Positions 6,724 to 15,685 of a stretch of DNA of 30,746 nucleotides are shown here, one piece after another; positions within the stretch are counted from its first letter, which is position 1, and each line of letters opens with the position of its first letter. The notes under the pieces are model-generated. The model was given only the letters and a program-made list of their open reading frames with translations, was not told where the DNA came from and made no database searches. The position numbers and the translations under genes were made by a program. Source of the DNA: Actinomycetota bacterium (GTDB taxonomy: Bacteria > Actinomycetota > UBA4738 > HRBIN12); the NCBI GenBank assembly GCA_035573935.1, contig DATLZP010000115.1:1-30746 (forward strand), read 5' to 3'.

Positions 6724-8792
6724 GGCCGGGGACGGCCCGCGGGGTGGCGTGGGGCGCCTTCGGGACGGCCGTCGCCTCCGCGGCGGGAGGGATCGCGGTC
6801 AGCGTGGCGAGCGGAGCAGGGCGGGGCGAGGTCGGCGACCCGGTGATCGGCCTCGGGCTCCTCGTGTTCGGCACCGTCGGAGCCCTCGTCGCGTCGAGGC
6901 GGCCGGGGAACGCGATCGGATGGATCTTCGTGTCGGTGGCGCTCTTCATCGGTGTCATCGGCGCGCTCGAGGGGATCCAGGACCGCCTCGCCGCCGGCGG
7001 GGACTCATGGGCGGCGCTCGGGGAGGACGCCTCGCTCGCCGCCCGTCTCCTGGCCTGGATCGGCGGATGGGCCTGGGTCCCCTCCATCTTCGTCCCGACG
7101 ACGTTCCCCCTGCTGCTGTTCCCCGACGGCCGTCTGCCATCGCGCCGGTGGCGAGCCCTCTTCTGGGCGGCCGCGATCGGGCTCCCGGCGTTCTCGCTCT
7201 CGATGGCCTTCGATCCCTCGAACTACGGGGGTGGACGGCTCCCCCTGGGGATCCGCCCTCCTGGTCCCCTCGTGGCCGCCTCCGGGCTGGGAAGCCTCCT
7301 GCTGGTCGGCGGGGTGATCGGCGGAGGCGCGGCGGTGGTCACCCGGCTCCGGCGGTCCTCGGGCGAGGAGCGCCAGCAGATCAAGTGGCTCGCGTACGCC
7401 GGCGTCCTCGCCGCGGTCTGCCTCGTCGGGAGCTTCCTCACCGGGGGCATCCTCGCCGCCCTGGGCGTGGATGCCGCCGAGGGCACCGCGGTCGCCGACG
7501 TGCTGAACCTCGTCGTCCTCGTCTCGCTGCTCGCGCTCCCCATCGCCATGGGGTTCGCGATCCTCCGCTACCGCCTCTACGACATCGACCTGGTCATCCG
7601 GAAGACGGTCGTCTACGGGGCGCTCGCGGCGTTCATCACGCTCGTGTACGTGGGCGTCGTGGCCGGGATCGGGGCACTGATCGGGAGCCGCGGGAACGTC
7701 CTGCTGTCGGGGCTCGCCGCCGCGGTCGTCGCGGTGGCGTTCCAGCCGGTGCGCCACCGGGCCCAGCGCCTGGCGAACCGGCTCGTGTACGGGAGGCGGG
7801 CCACACCGTACGAGGTCCTCGCCGAGTTCTCCGCCCGGCTGGCCGGCTCCTACTCCCTCGACGACGTCCTGCCCCGCATGGCCCGCGTCCTCGCCGAGGG
7901 CACGGGCGCCGCCCGCGCGACGATCTGGCTCCGGTCGGCGCAGGGACACCGCGCCGCCGCCACCTGGCCGGCAGGCACCCACCCGGCACCGCTCGATCCC
8001 GGGTTCGAGGTCCGCCATCAGGGGGAGGTGCTCGGGGCGATCTCCGTCGCGACGCCCCCCGACGAGCCGCTCACACCGGTTCAGGAACAGCTGATCCGCG
8101 ACGTGGCCGGGCAGGCGGGGCTGGTGCTCCGGAACGTCCGGCTGATCGAGGACCTCCGGGCCTCCCGCCAGCGCCTCGTAGCCGCCCAGGACGAGGAACG
8201 TCGGCGGCTGGAGCGGAACATCCACGACGGGGCCCAGCAGCAGCTCGTGGCCCTCACGGTGCAGCTCCGGCTCCTCGAGCAGCGGATCGAGCGGGACCCG
8301 GAGGGGGCGAGGGAGGCCGCGGCCCAGCTCCGGGGAGCGGCCGCCGAGGCGCTCGAGGACCTCCGGGACCTGGCCCGGGGGATCTACCCCCCGCTCCTCG
8401 CGGACAAGGGGCTCCCGGCGGCGATCGAGGCCCAGGCCCGGAAGGCCCCGGTCCCGGTCAGGCTCCAGGCGGACGGCGTGGGGCGCTACCCCCGGGAGGC
8501 GGAGGCCGCCGTGTACTTCTGCGTCCTGGAGGCCCTCCAGAACGCGGCGAAGCACGCGGGGGGGTCGGAGGTCCGGGTCCGGCTGTGGGCCTCGGAAGGC
8601 GAGCTGGCCTTCGCCGTGGAGGACGACGGGCCGGGCTTCGACCCCTCCACCACCCCCCGGGGGGCCGGCCTCCAGAACATGGCCGATCGGATCGAGGCCC
8701 TGGGCGGCTCGCTCGAGGTCCGGAGCTTGCCCGGTGCGGGCACGACCGTGGCCGGGAGGCTGCCCACCCACCACTCGGAGGCGACGCCGTGA
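6720..8792 (+). CDS. Membrane sensor histidine kinase HK2, 690 aa
   Basis: ATGA overlap with HK1; ERNIHDGAQQQL, EALQNAAKHA, DDGPGF, GAGLQNM. Confidence 0.94.
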   Translation: MRPGTARGVAWGAFGTAVASAAGGIAVSVASGAGRGEVGDPVIGLGLLVFGTVGALVASRRPGNAIGWIFVSVALFIGVIGALEGIQDRLAAGGDSWAALGEDASLAARLLAWIGGWAWVPSIFVPTTFPLLLFPDGRLPSRRWRALFWAAAIGLPAFSLSMAFDPSNYGGGRLPLGIRPPGPLVAASGLGSLLLVGGVIGGGAAVVTRLRRSSGEERQQIKWLAYAGVLAAVCLVGSFLTGGILAALGVDAAEGTAVADVLNLVVLVSLLALPIAMGFAILRYRLYDIDLVIRKTVVYGALAAFITLVYVGVVAGIGALIGSRGNVLLSGLAAAVVAVAFQPVRHRAQRLANRLVYGRRATPYEVLAEFSARLAGSYSLDDVLPRMARVLAEGTGAARATIWLRSAQGHRAAATWPAGTHPAPLDPGFEVRHQGEVLGAISVATPPDEPLTPVQEQLIRDVAGQAGLVLRNVRLIEDLRASRQRLVAAQDEERRRLERNIHDGAQQQLVALTVQLRLLEQRIERDPEGAREAAAQLRGAAAEALEDLRDLARGIYPPLLADKGLPAAIEAQARKAPVPVRLQADGVGRYPREAEAAVYFCVLEALQNAAKHAGGSEVRVRLWASEGELAFAVEDDGPGFDPSTTPRGAGLQNMADRIEALGGSLEVRSLPGAGTTVAGRLPTHHSEATP

Positions 8793-10900
8793 CTCCACGC
8801 ACCGCCTCCCGCCTCGCGTGGTCGCTGTCCGGGGTATCCGCGACGGCGATGCTGCTCTCGTTGCTCGTCAGCCAGCTCCGCCAGGGTGGCAGCACCGGCT
8901 TCGGCACCATCGGCGTCGGCGCCGCACTCACGTTCCCCCTCGTCGGTGGGCTCGTGGGGTCCCGCCGCCCAGAGAACGCCATCGGATGGCTCCTCGGCGT
9001 GACCGGCTTTTCTCTCGGGATGGCGGCGTTCTCGCAGCAGTACTCCCACTACGCACTGATCGATCGGAGCGGTCTTCCGCTCGGCGACCTCGCGGCATGG
9101 GTGGGAACCTGGATCTGGCCCACCGGCATCGTGATCCTCTTCGTCTTCGCGCTCCTGCTCTTCCCCACTGGTCACCTTCCCTCGCGAAGGTGGCGCCCCG
9201 TGGCCTGGTTGGGCGGGCTGAGCACCGCTCTGGGGACGATCCCCGTGGCCATCACAGCGTGGCCCATCCGAGGCCCGATCCTGCTGGAGATCGGGGATGA
9301 TGCACCCGGCGCAGCGACCGCCGGTTTCAAGCTCGCCTTCGATCTCCAGGTCGCGGCCATCCTGCTGATGTTCGCGCTGGGGCTGGTCTCGGCGGTGTCG
9401 GTCGTGCTGCGGTTCAGGAGGTCGGCGGGAGAGGAGCGCCAGCAACTGAAGTGGTTCGCCCTCGGTGGTTCGCTCCTGGTCGTCGGTTTCATCCTCAATA
9501 GCCCACTGTTCCACCTCGGCGGCGACGTGCTCCCGGTCCTCCTCATCCCCCTCCTGCCTGCTGCCATCGGGATCGCCATCCTGAAGTACCGCCTCTACGA
9601 CATCGACGTCGTCATCAGCAAGGCGGTCCTCTTCGGCGCGCTCGCGGCCTTCATCACGGTCGTCTACGTGGGGGTCGTGGTCGGCGTGGGGTCGGTGCTC
9701 GGTAGGACCGAGCCCGACCTCACCCTCCAGGTGGCGGCGACGGCGCTCGTCGCGCTCGCGTTCCAGCCGGTGCGGGAGGGAGCCCGGCGGCTGGCGAACC
9801 GCCTGGTGTACGGGGAGCGGGCCGAGCCCTACGAGGTCCTCGCTCGATTCGCCTCCCGGGCCGCGGGGACGTACGCGACCGAGGACGTGCTCCCGCGCAC
9901 GGCGCGGGTGATCGGGGAGGGGACCGGCGCCGCCCGAGCCGAGGTGTGGCTCCGGGTGGGGGAGGAGCTCCGGCTCGGCGCGGCCTGGCCGGAGGACGGG
10001 GGCGGGCGCCCCCGGGCGCTCCCCATGGCCGACGGCCGGCTCCCGGAGGTCCCCGGCGCCACCGAGCTGGTGCCGGTCGCGCAGCGCGGGGAGCTCCTGG
10101 GCGCGGTGGCCGCCACGAAGCCACCGGGGGAGCCGCTCACGCCCGCCGAGGCGTCGCTCCTCGACGACCTGGCGAAGCAGGCCGGCCTGGTGCTCCGCAA
10201 CGCCCGGCTCACCGAGGAGCTCCGGGCCCGCCTGGAGCAGATCGCTGCCCGGGCGGAGGAGCTCCGGGCGTCCCGCCAGCGGATCGTGGCGGCGCACGAC
10301 GCGGAGCGGCGACGCCTTGAGCGGAACATCCACGACGGCGCGCAGCAGCACCTCGTGGCCCTCGCCGTCAAGCTCCGCCTGGCCCGGGAGCTCCTGGCTC
10401 GCGATCCGGGCCGGGCGGCCGCGCTCCTGGGGGAGCTCCGCGCCGAGATCGACCAGGCGCTCGAGACCCTCCGGGACCTGGCGGGTGGGATCTACCCGGC
10501 GGTCCTCGAGGAACGGGGCATCGCCGCGGCCCTGGAGGACCAGGCCGGACTGGCGGACGTCCCCGTGGAGATCGAGGGGGACGGCCTGGCCCGGTGGCCG
10601 ATCGAGACCGAGGCCGCGGTGTACTTCTCCTGCCTGGAGGCCCTGCAGAACGCGCTCAAGCACGCCGGGGCCCGCCGGGTCCGCATCCGGCTGACCGAGG
10701 CGGCGGGACACCTCCGCTTCTCCGTCGCCGACGACGGCAGGGGATTCGATCCCGCCACGGTCCCCGTGGGGGCCGGCCTCCGCAACATGGCGGACCGGGT
10801 GGAAGCGTTGGGGGGCCACCTCGAGGTCCGATCGGTCCCCGGCCTGGGGACGACGGTCGAGGGCGCCGTCCCCGTGGAGATCCCGGGGTCGGCCCGATGA
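8789..10900 (+). CDS. Membrane sensor histidine kinase HK3, 703 aa
   Basis: GTGA overlap with HK2; true start inside track ORF 6398..10900 (MTPRTASRLAW); ERNIHDGAQQHL, EALQNALKHA, DDGRGF, GAGLRNM. Confidence 0.93.
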   Translation: MTPRTASRLAWSLSGVSATAMLLSLLVSQLRQGGSTGFGTIGVGAALTFPLVGGLVGSRRPENAIGWLLGVTGFSLGMAAFSQQYSHYALIDRSGLPLGDLAAWVGTWIWPTGIVILFVFALLLFPTGHLPSRRWRPVAWLGGLSTALGTIPVAITAWPIRGPILLEIGDDAPGAATAGFKLAFDLQVAAILLMFALGLVSAVSVVLRFRRSAGEERQQLKWFALGGSLLVVGFILNSPLFHLGGDVLPVLLIPLLPAAIGIAILKYRLYDIDVVISKAVLFGALAAFITVVYVGVVVGVGSVLGRTEPDLTLQVAATALVALAFQPVREGARRLANRLVYGERAEPYEVLARFASRAAGTYATEDVLPRTARVIGEGTGAARAEVWLRVGEELRLGAAWPEDGGGRPRALPMADGRLPEVPGATELVPVAQRGELLGAVAATKPPGEPLTPAEASLLDDLAKQAGLVLRNARLTEELRARLEQIAARAEELRASRQRIVAAHDAERRRLERNIHDGAQQHLVALAVKLRLARELLARDPGRAAALLGELRAEIDQALETLRDLAGGIYPAVLEERGIAAALEDQAGLADVPVEIEGDGLARWPIETEAAVYFSCLEALQNALKHAGARRVRIRLTEAAGHLRFSVADDGRGFDPATVPVGAGLRNMADRVEALGGHLEVRSVPGLGTTVEGAVPVEIPGSAR

Positions 10901-12987
10901 GGTTCCGCGCGACCTCCGCCGTCGCGTGGGGCGCGTGGGCGGCCTTCGCCCTCGGCCTGGGCTGGACCCTCGCCGTCCGGGGACCGGCGCTCTCCGGGGA
11001 CCTGCTCCAGGACATCCCGCTGATCGTGGCCTTCTCCGCCTTCCCCACCGTCGGCGCCGTGGTGGCCTCGCGACGCCCCCGGAACCCGATCGGCTGGCTG
11101 TTCCTCGGGATCGGGGTCCTGGCCGCCGCGGGCGCCGCCAGCGAGACCTACGCCGACATGGCGCTTCCCCGTCCCGGGTCCCCTCCGATGCTCGCCGTCC
11201 TGGCCGCCTGGATCCAGGCCTGGTACTGGTACCCGCTCCTGGCCATGGCGACCGTGTTCCCGCTGCTCCTGTTCCCGGCGGGGCTGCCGTCCCGGCGCTG
11301 GCGACCGGTCCTGTGGCTGGCGGTGATCTCCGTCCTGGCGACCACGGCCGCCGCCGCGCTCCAGCCGACGCTGTCGGGGGGCGGGAGGACGATCCCGAAC
11401 CCGTTCGGCGTCCGGTGGACCGGCGCGCCGGACGTCGAGGAGACCGCGTTCTTCCAGGCGTTCTCGCTCGTGTTCGGGGGCACCCTGATGGCGGCCGCTG
11501 CCTCCCTCGTCGTGCGGTTCCGGCGGTCCCGGGGGGATGAGCGGCTCCAGCTCAAGTGGTTCGTCTTCGCGGCCGGCGTCCTCGCCGCGTCGATCATCCT
11601 GGCCACGGCCGTCCCCGCCTTCGACCGCTCCGCGGCCGGCGGGCTGATGACGGGGTTCGCGCTGGCGCTCATCCCCATCGCGTGCGGGATCGCGATCCTC
11701 AGGCACCGCCTCTACGACATCGACCTCGTCCTCAACCGGGCGGTGGTCTTCGGGGCGTTGGCCGCGTTCATCGGCGCCGTCTACGTGGCGATCGTGGTGG
11801 GGCTGGGATCCCTGGCCGGTCGGGTGGGCGAGCCGAGCGTGCCGCTCCAGATCGCGGCCACGGCGGTCGTCGCGGTGGCGTTCCAGCCGGTCCGGGAGCG
11901 GGTCCAGCGGCTCGCCAACCGGCTCGTGTACGGCGAGCGGGCCACCCCCTACGAGGTCATGGCCGGCTTCGCCCACCGCATGGCCGACACGCTGTCCGTG
12001 GACGAGACGCTGCCGGCCATGGCGGAGGTGGCGGCCCGAGGTGTCGGCGCCAGGTGGGGGCGGGTGGGCATCCGGCTCCGCGACGGCGGCGAGCGGGCGG
12101 CGAGCTGGCCCCCGGGAGCGCCGGAGCCTCCGGCCCCCATCGCCATCCCGGTCACGCACCGGGGTGAGCCGGTCGGGGAGATCGCCGTCGCCAAGGCGCC
12201 CGGCGACCCCCTCACGCCGGCCGAGCGGCGGCTGCTGGAGGACCTGGCCTCCCAGGCCGGCCTGGCCCTGCGGAACGCGGGGCTCGCCGCCGAGCTCGAG
12301 GCCCGGCTCGGGGAGCTCACGGCGCAGGCGGAGGACCTGCGCCGGTCCCGGGAGCGGCTGGTGACGGCCCGGGACGAGGAACGCCGGCGCCTGGAGCGGG
12401 AGATCCGGGAGGGCCCGGAGCGGCGCCTGCTCGCGATGCGCGCCGACGTGGACCGCGCGGCCCGCCTGGCGACGACCGACCCCGGGGCGGCCGGCGCCGT
12501 CCTCGACGACCTGGGGGCGCTCGCGAACACCACGCTCGAGGAGCTCCGGGACCTGGCCCGGGGGATCTACCCCCCGCTCCTCGCCGAGGAGGGCCTGCTG
12601 GCGGCGCTCCGGGCGCACGTCCGCAAGGCGGGGATCGCGGCCGAGATCTCCGCGGACGGCGGGTCGGCCGCCGCGCGCCTGGCCCCGGAGGTGGAGGCCG
12701 GGATCTACTTCTGCCTGGTCCACGCGCTCCGCAACGTGCAGCGGCACGCGGCCGGCGCCGCGGTCTCCGTGCGCATCTCGCGGGACGGCGACGGCGTCGG
12801 GTTCGAGGTCGTGGACCGGGGCCCGGGGTTCGATCCGGCCGCCACCCGGACCGGGCAGGGGCTCCAGGTGATGCGGGACCGGGTCGAGGCCCTGGGTGGC
12901 CGGCTCGACGTGTCGAGCGCGCCGGGCCGGGGCACCGTGGTCCGGGGCCGGATCCCGCTCGCCCTCGGAGCCGGGGCGGCCCCGTGA
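10897..12987 (+). CDS. Kinase-like sensor HK4 lacking the phosphoacceptor His (pseudokinase), 696 aa
   Basis: ATGA overlap with HK3. H-box reads EREIREGPERRL (His replaced by Arg, codon 12406-12408); N-box HALRNVQRHA; DRGPGF and GQGL retained. Confidence 0.88.
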   Translation: MRFRATSAVAWGAWAAFALGLGWTLAVRGPALSGDLLQDIPLIVAFSAFPTVGAVVASRRPRNPIGWLFLGIGVLAAAGAASETYADMALPRPGSPPMLAVLAAWIQAWYWYPLLAMATVFPLLLFPAGLPSRRWRPVLWLAVISVLATTAAAALQPTLSGGGRTIPNPFGVRWTGAPDVEETAFFQAFSLVFGGTLMAAAASLVVRFRRSRGDERLQLKWFVFAAGVLAASIILATAVPAFDRSAAGGLMTGFALALIPIACGIAILRHRLYDIDLVLNRAVVFGALAAFIGAVYVAIVVGLGSLAGRVGEPSVPLQIAATAVVAVAFQPVRERVQRLANRLVYGERATPYEVMAGFAHRMADTLSVDETLPAMAEVAARGVGARWGRVGIRLRDGGERAASWPPGAPEPPAPIAIPVTHRGEPVGEIAVAKAPGDPLTPAERRLLEDLASQAGLALRNAGLAAELEARLGELTAQAEDLRRSRERLVTARDEERRRLEREIREGPERRLLAMRADVDRAARLATTDPGAAGAVLDDLGALANTTLEELRDLARGIYPPLLAEEGLLAALRAHVRKAGIAAEISADGGSAAARLAPEVEAGIYFCLVHALRNVQRHAAGAAVSVRISRDGDGVGFEVVDRGPGFDPAATRTGQGLQVMRDRVEALGGRLDVSSAPGRGTVVRGRIPLALGAGAAP

Positions 12988-15192
12988 GCCGCGGCGCTCG
13001 CGCGGAGCCCCCGGAGCCACTCCCCGTCCCGACCGGGGGCGGCCCGGGAGGAGGACACGAGGCGAGCGAGCGGGGACGGAGGCGCCTCCCCTGGGTCGTG
13101 TGGGCGGTCGGCTTCCTCGTGATCTTCCCGGGAGCGATGGTCCTCGGGATCCGCAACGGCAGCCTCTCGCAGGACCCGATGCTCATCATGCTTTCCATCG
13201 GATTGGTGACCGGCTACGCCGCCGTCGGCGCGCTGGTGGCATCGAGGAGCTCGGTCCCGGTGATCGGCTGGCTCATGCTCGTCATCGGCGTGGGGTTCCT
13301 CCTCAGCGCGGCGGCCGCCGAGTACGTGATCTACGCGTACCGGACCGACCCGGGCGCTCTGCCCCTCCGGTCCGCGGTGGCCTGGCTGTGGAGCTGGATC
13401 GACGTGCCCGCGATCATCTCGGTGCTCTACCTCTTGCTCCTCTTCCCCACCGGGCGGGTGCCATCCCACAGGTGGCGGTCCCTCCCCCCCGTGATCGGCC
13501 TGTTCAGCCTCATGGCCGTGGCCGGCCAGGTCGTCCGATCGGCCCCGATCGAGCCGACCGATGGCGTCCGCGTCCCCAACCCGACCGCCGTGCCGGAGCT
13601 CGACGCGGCGGCCGACGCCATGCTCACGGCCGCCGCGTTCGTCCTGGTCCCCGCGGCGATCGCCTGCGCCATGGCCCCGGTGCTCCGGTTCCAACGCTCG
13701 ACGGGGGTGGAGCGTCAGCAGATCCGCTGGCTGGCCTTCGCGGTCGCGCTGGGCGGCGTCGCGCTGGTCGTGGTGCTGGTGAGCGGGATCGGCCTCGGTC
13801 CGAAAGAGACGGTCGTGAACGACGTGGCGTTCTTCGCGTTCTTCGCCTGCGTCGGCATCGGGATCCCCATCGCGGCCGGGGTGGCCGTCCTTCGGTACCG
13901 CCTCTACGCCCTGGACCTCGTGGTCCGGAAGACCCTGGTGTTCGGCTTGCTCGTCGTGTCGGCGTCGATCGCCTACGGCGCGGTCGTCGTCTCGATCGGG
14001 TTCCTGGTGGGGGAGCGCAACACCCCGCTCTCGATGTTCGCGCTCGGGATCGCGCTCGGAACCGCGTTCCCGCTCTTCCGGCGGCAGGCCACCCGGCTGG
14101 CCGACCGGATCGTGTACGGGCGGCGAGCCACGCCGTACGAGGTGCTCTCCGGCTTCGCGGAGCGGGTGGCGAGGACGTACGCGAGCGAGGACGTGCTCCC
14201 CCGGATGGCCCAGATCCTCGCCCAGGGGACCGGGGCCGAGGTGGCCCGGGTGTGGCTCCTGATGGGGCGGGAGCTCCGGGCCGAGGCGACGTGGCCGCCG
14301 GATGGGGGGCCCGCCGGTCCCGCCCGGGTCGCCGGCGACGCCCTCCCGGAGCTCCCCGGCGGCGAGCGGGCCTTCGAGGTGCGGCACCAGGGGGAGCTGC
14401 TCGGGGCGCTCAGCCTGCGGATGCCCCAGAGCGACTCCCTCGACCCGGCCCGGGAGAGGCTCGTGGCCGACCTCGCGTCCCAGGGCCGGGCTGGTCCTCC
14501 GGAACGTCCGGCTGATCCAGGAGCTCAGGGGGTCCCGACGTCGACTGGTCGCCGCCCAGGACGAGGAGCGCCGGCGGATCGAACGCAACCTCCACGACGG
14601 CGCGCAGCAGCAGCTGGTGGCGCTCTCCGTGCGGCTCCGCCTAGCGGAGCAGCTCGTCGAGCGGGATGCGGCCAAGGCCAAGGAGGCGATCGGGCGGATC
14701 CAGGCCGAGGCCACCGAGGCGCTCGAGAACCTCCGGGATCTGGCCCGGGGGATCTACCCGCCGCTCCTCGCCGACCGGGGGCTCCCCGCCGCCCTCGAGG
14801 CCCAGGCCCGGAAGGCGTCCCTCCCGGTGCGGGTGGAGGCCTCCGGGGTCGACCGCTACCCACGGGAGGTGGAATCCGCGGTCTACTTCTGCGTCCTCGA
14901 GGCCCTCCAGAACGCGGCGAAGTACGCCCGGGCCGAGCACGTGATGGTCCGGCTCTCCGCCGCGCACGACGAGCTGCGGTTCGAGGTCTCCGACGACGGT
15001 GCGGGGTTCGACCCGGGGTCCGCGCATGGCGGCACGGGGCTCCGGGGGATGGCCGACCGGGTGGAGGCCGTGGGCGGCTCCCTCCAGGTCCGCTCGGCCC
15101 CAGGGTCGGGGACCTCGGTCGTCGGACGGGTGCCGGTCGGCACGGGAGGGACGCGGGAGGACGGGCTCCATCCCGGTGGGACCACCGGCTAG
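12984..15192 (+). pseudogene. Sensor histidine kinase HK5 split by a +1 G insertion (about 735 aa if repaired): recent pseudogene or sequencing error
   Basis: GTGA overlap with HK4. The sensor/GAF half is in the frame of 12984. CAG-G-GCC at 14481-14487 shifts the rest (AGLVLRN...ERNLHDGAQQQL...EALQNAAKYA...DDGAGF) into the frame of ORF 14302..15192. Confidence 0.85.
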
Positions 15193-15201
15193 CCCCAGCG
15201 G

Positions 15202-15283
15202 CGTCTCCCGCGGCGGGGTCGGAAACCGGGCCGGCCCCCGCGGTGACCTCACGCCTGCGGCGGTGCCCTGGGGCGGGGAGACG
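15202..15283. terminator. GC-rich nested inverted repeats between convergent genes, possible bidirectional terminator
   Basis: CGTCTCCC (15202-15209) pairs with GGGAGACG (15276-15283), with inner stems; no U-tract. Confidence 0.3.
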
Positions 15284-15288
15284 TCGGA

Positions 15289-15666
15289 TCAGTCCGCGCC
15301 GGCCGTCGCGGCCGACCAGGCCTGCTCCAGCCGGTCGGGGGCGAACACCGCCTTCGGGATGTAGGCGGCGGCGCCGCACTCGGCGGCCCGGGGCGCGTAC
15401 TCCTCCTCCTCGTAGGTGGAGAGCAGGAGGACGACCACGGAGTCCCCCTCGGCCAGGATGCGCCGGGTGGCCTCCAGCCCATCGATCCCCGGGAGGTTCA
15501 CGTCCATCAGGACCAGGTCGGGCCGGAGCTCCCGGGCCTTCTCCACGGAGTCCTCGCCGGTCTCGGCCTCCCCCGCGACCTCGAAGCCCTCCGTGGCCTC
15601 CACCACCATCCGGGCGGCCAGGCGGAACGGCGCCTGGTCGTCCACGATCAGCACCCGGACGCTCAC
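15289..15666 (-). CDS. Single-domain response regulator (REC only), 125 aa
   Basis: MSVRVLIVDDQ, LVLMDVNLPGIDG, LLSTY, YIPK; SD GGAGGTGA before GTG 15666; no output domain. Confidence 0.93.
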   Translation of the reverse strand: MSVRVLIVDDQAPFRLAARMVVEATEGFEVAGEAETGEDSVEKARELRPDLVLMDVNLPGIDGLEATRRILAEGDSVVVLLLSTYEEEEYAPRAAECGAAAYIPKAVFAPDRLEQAWSAATAGAD

Positions 15667-15685
15667 GAGCGTCACCTCCACGCCA

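Noticed and set aside
14475-14495. Programmed ribosomal frameshift or phase variation in HK5
   Set aside because: There is no slippery heptamer and the G run is only 3 nt.
15192-15283. tRNA or tRNA remnant (GCCCCAG...CTGGGGC 7-bp stem about 83 nt apart)
   Set aside because: Neither strand has a TPsiC (GTTCRA) or D-loop consensus, or a CCA end.
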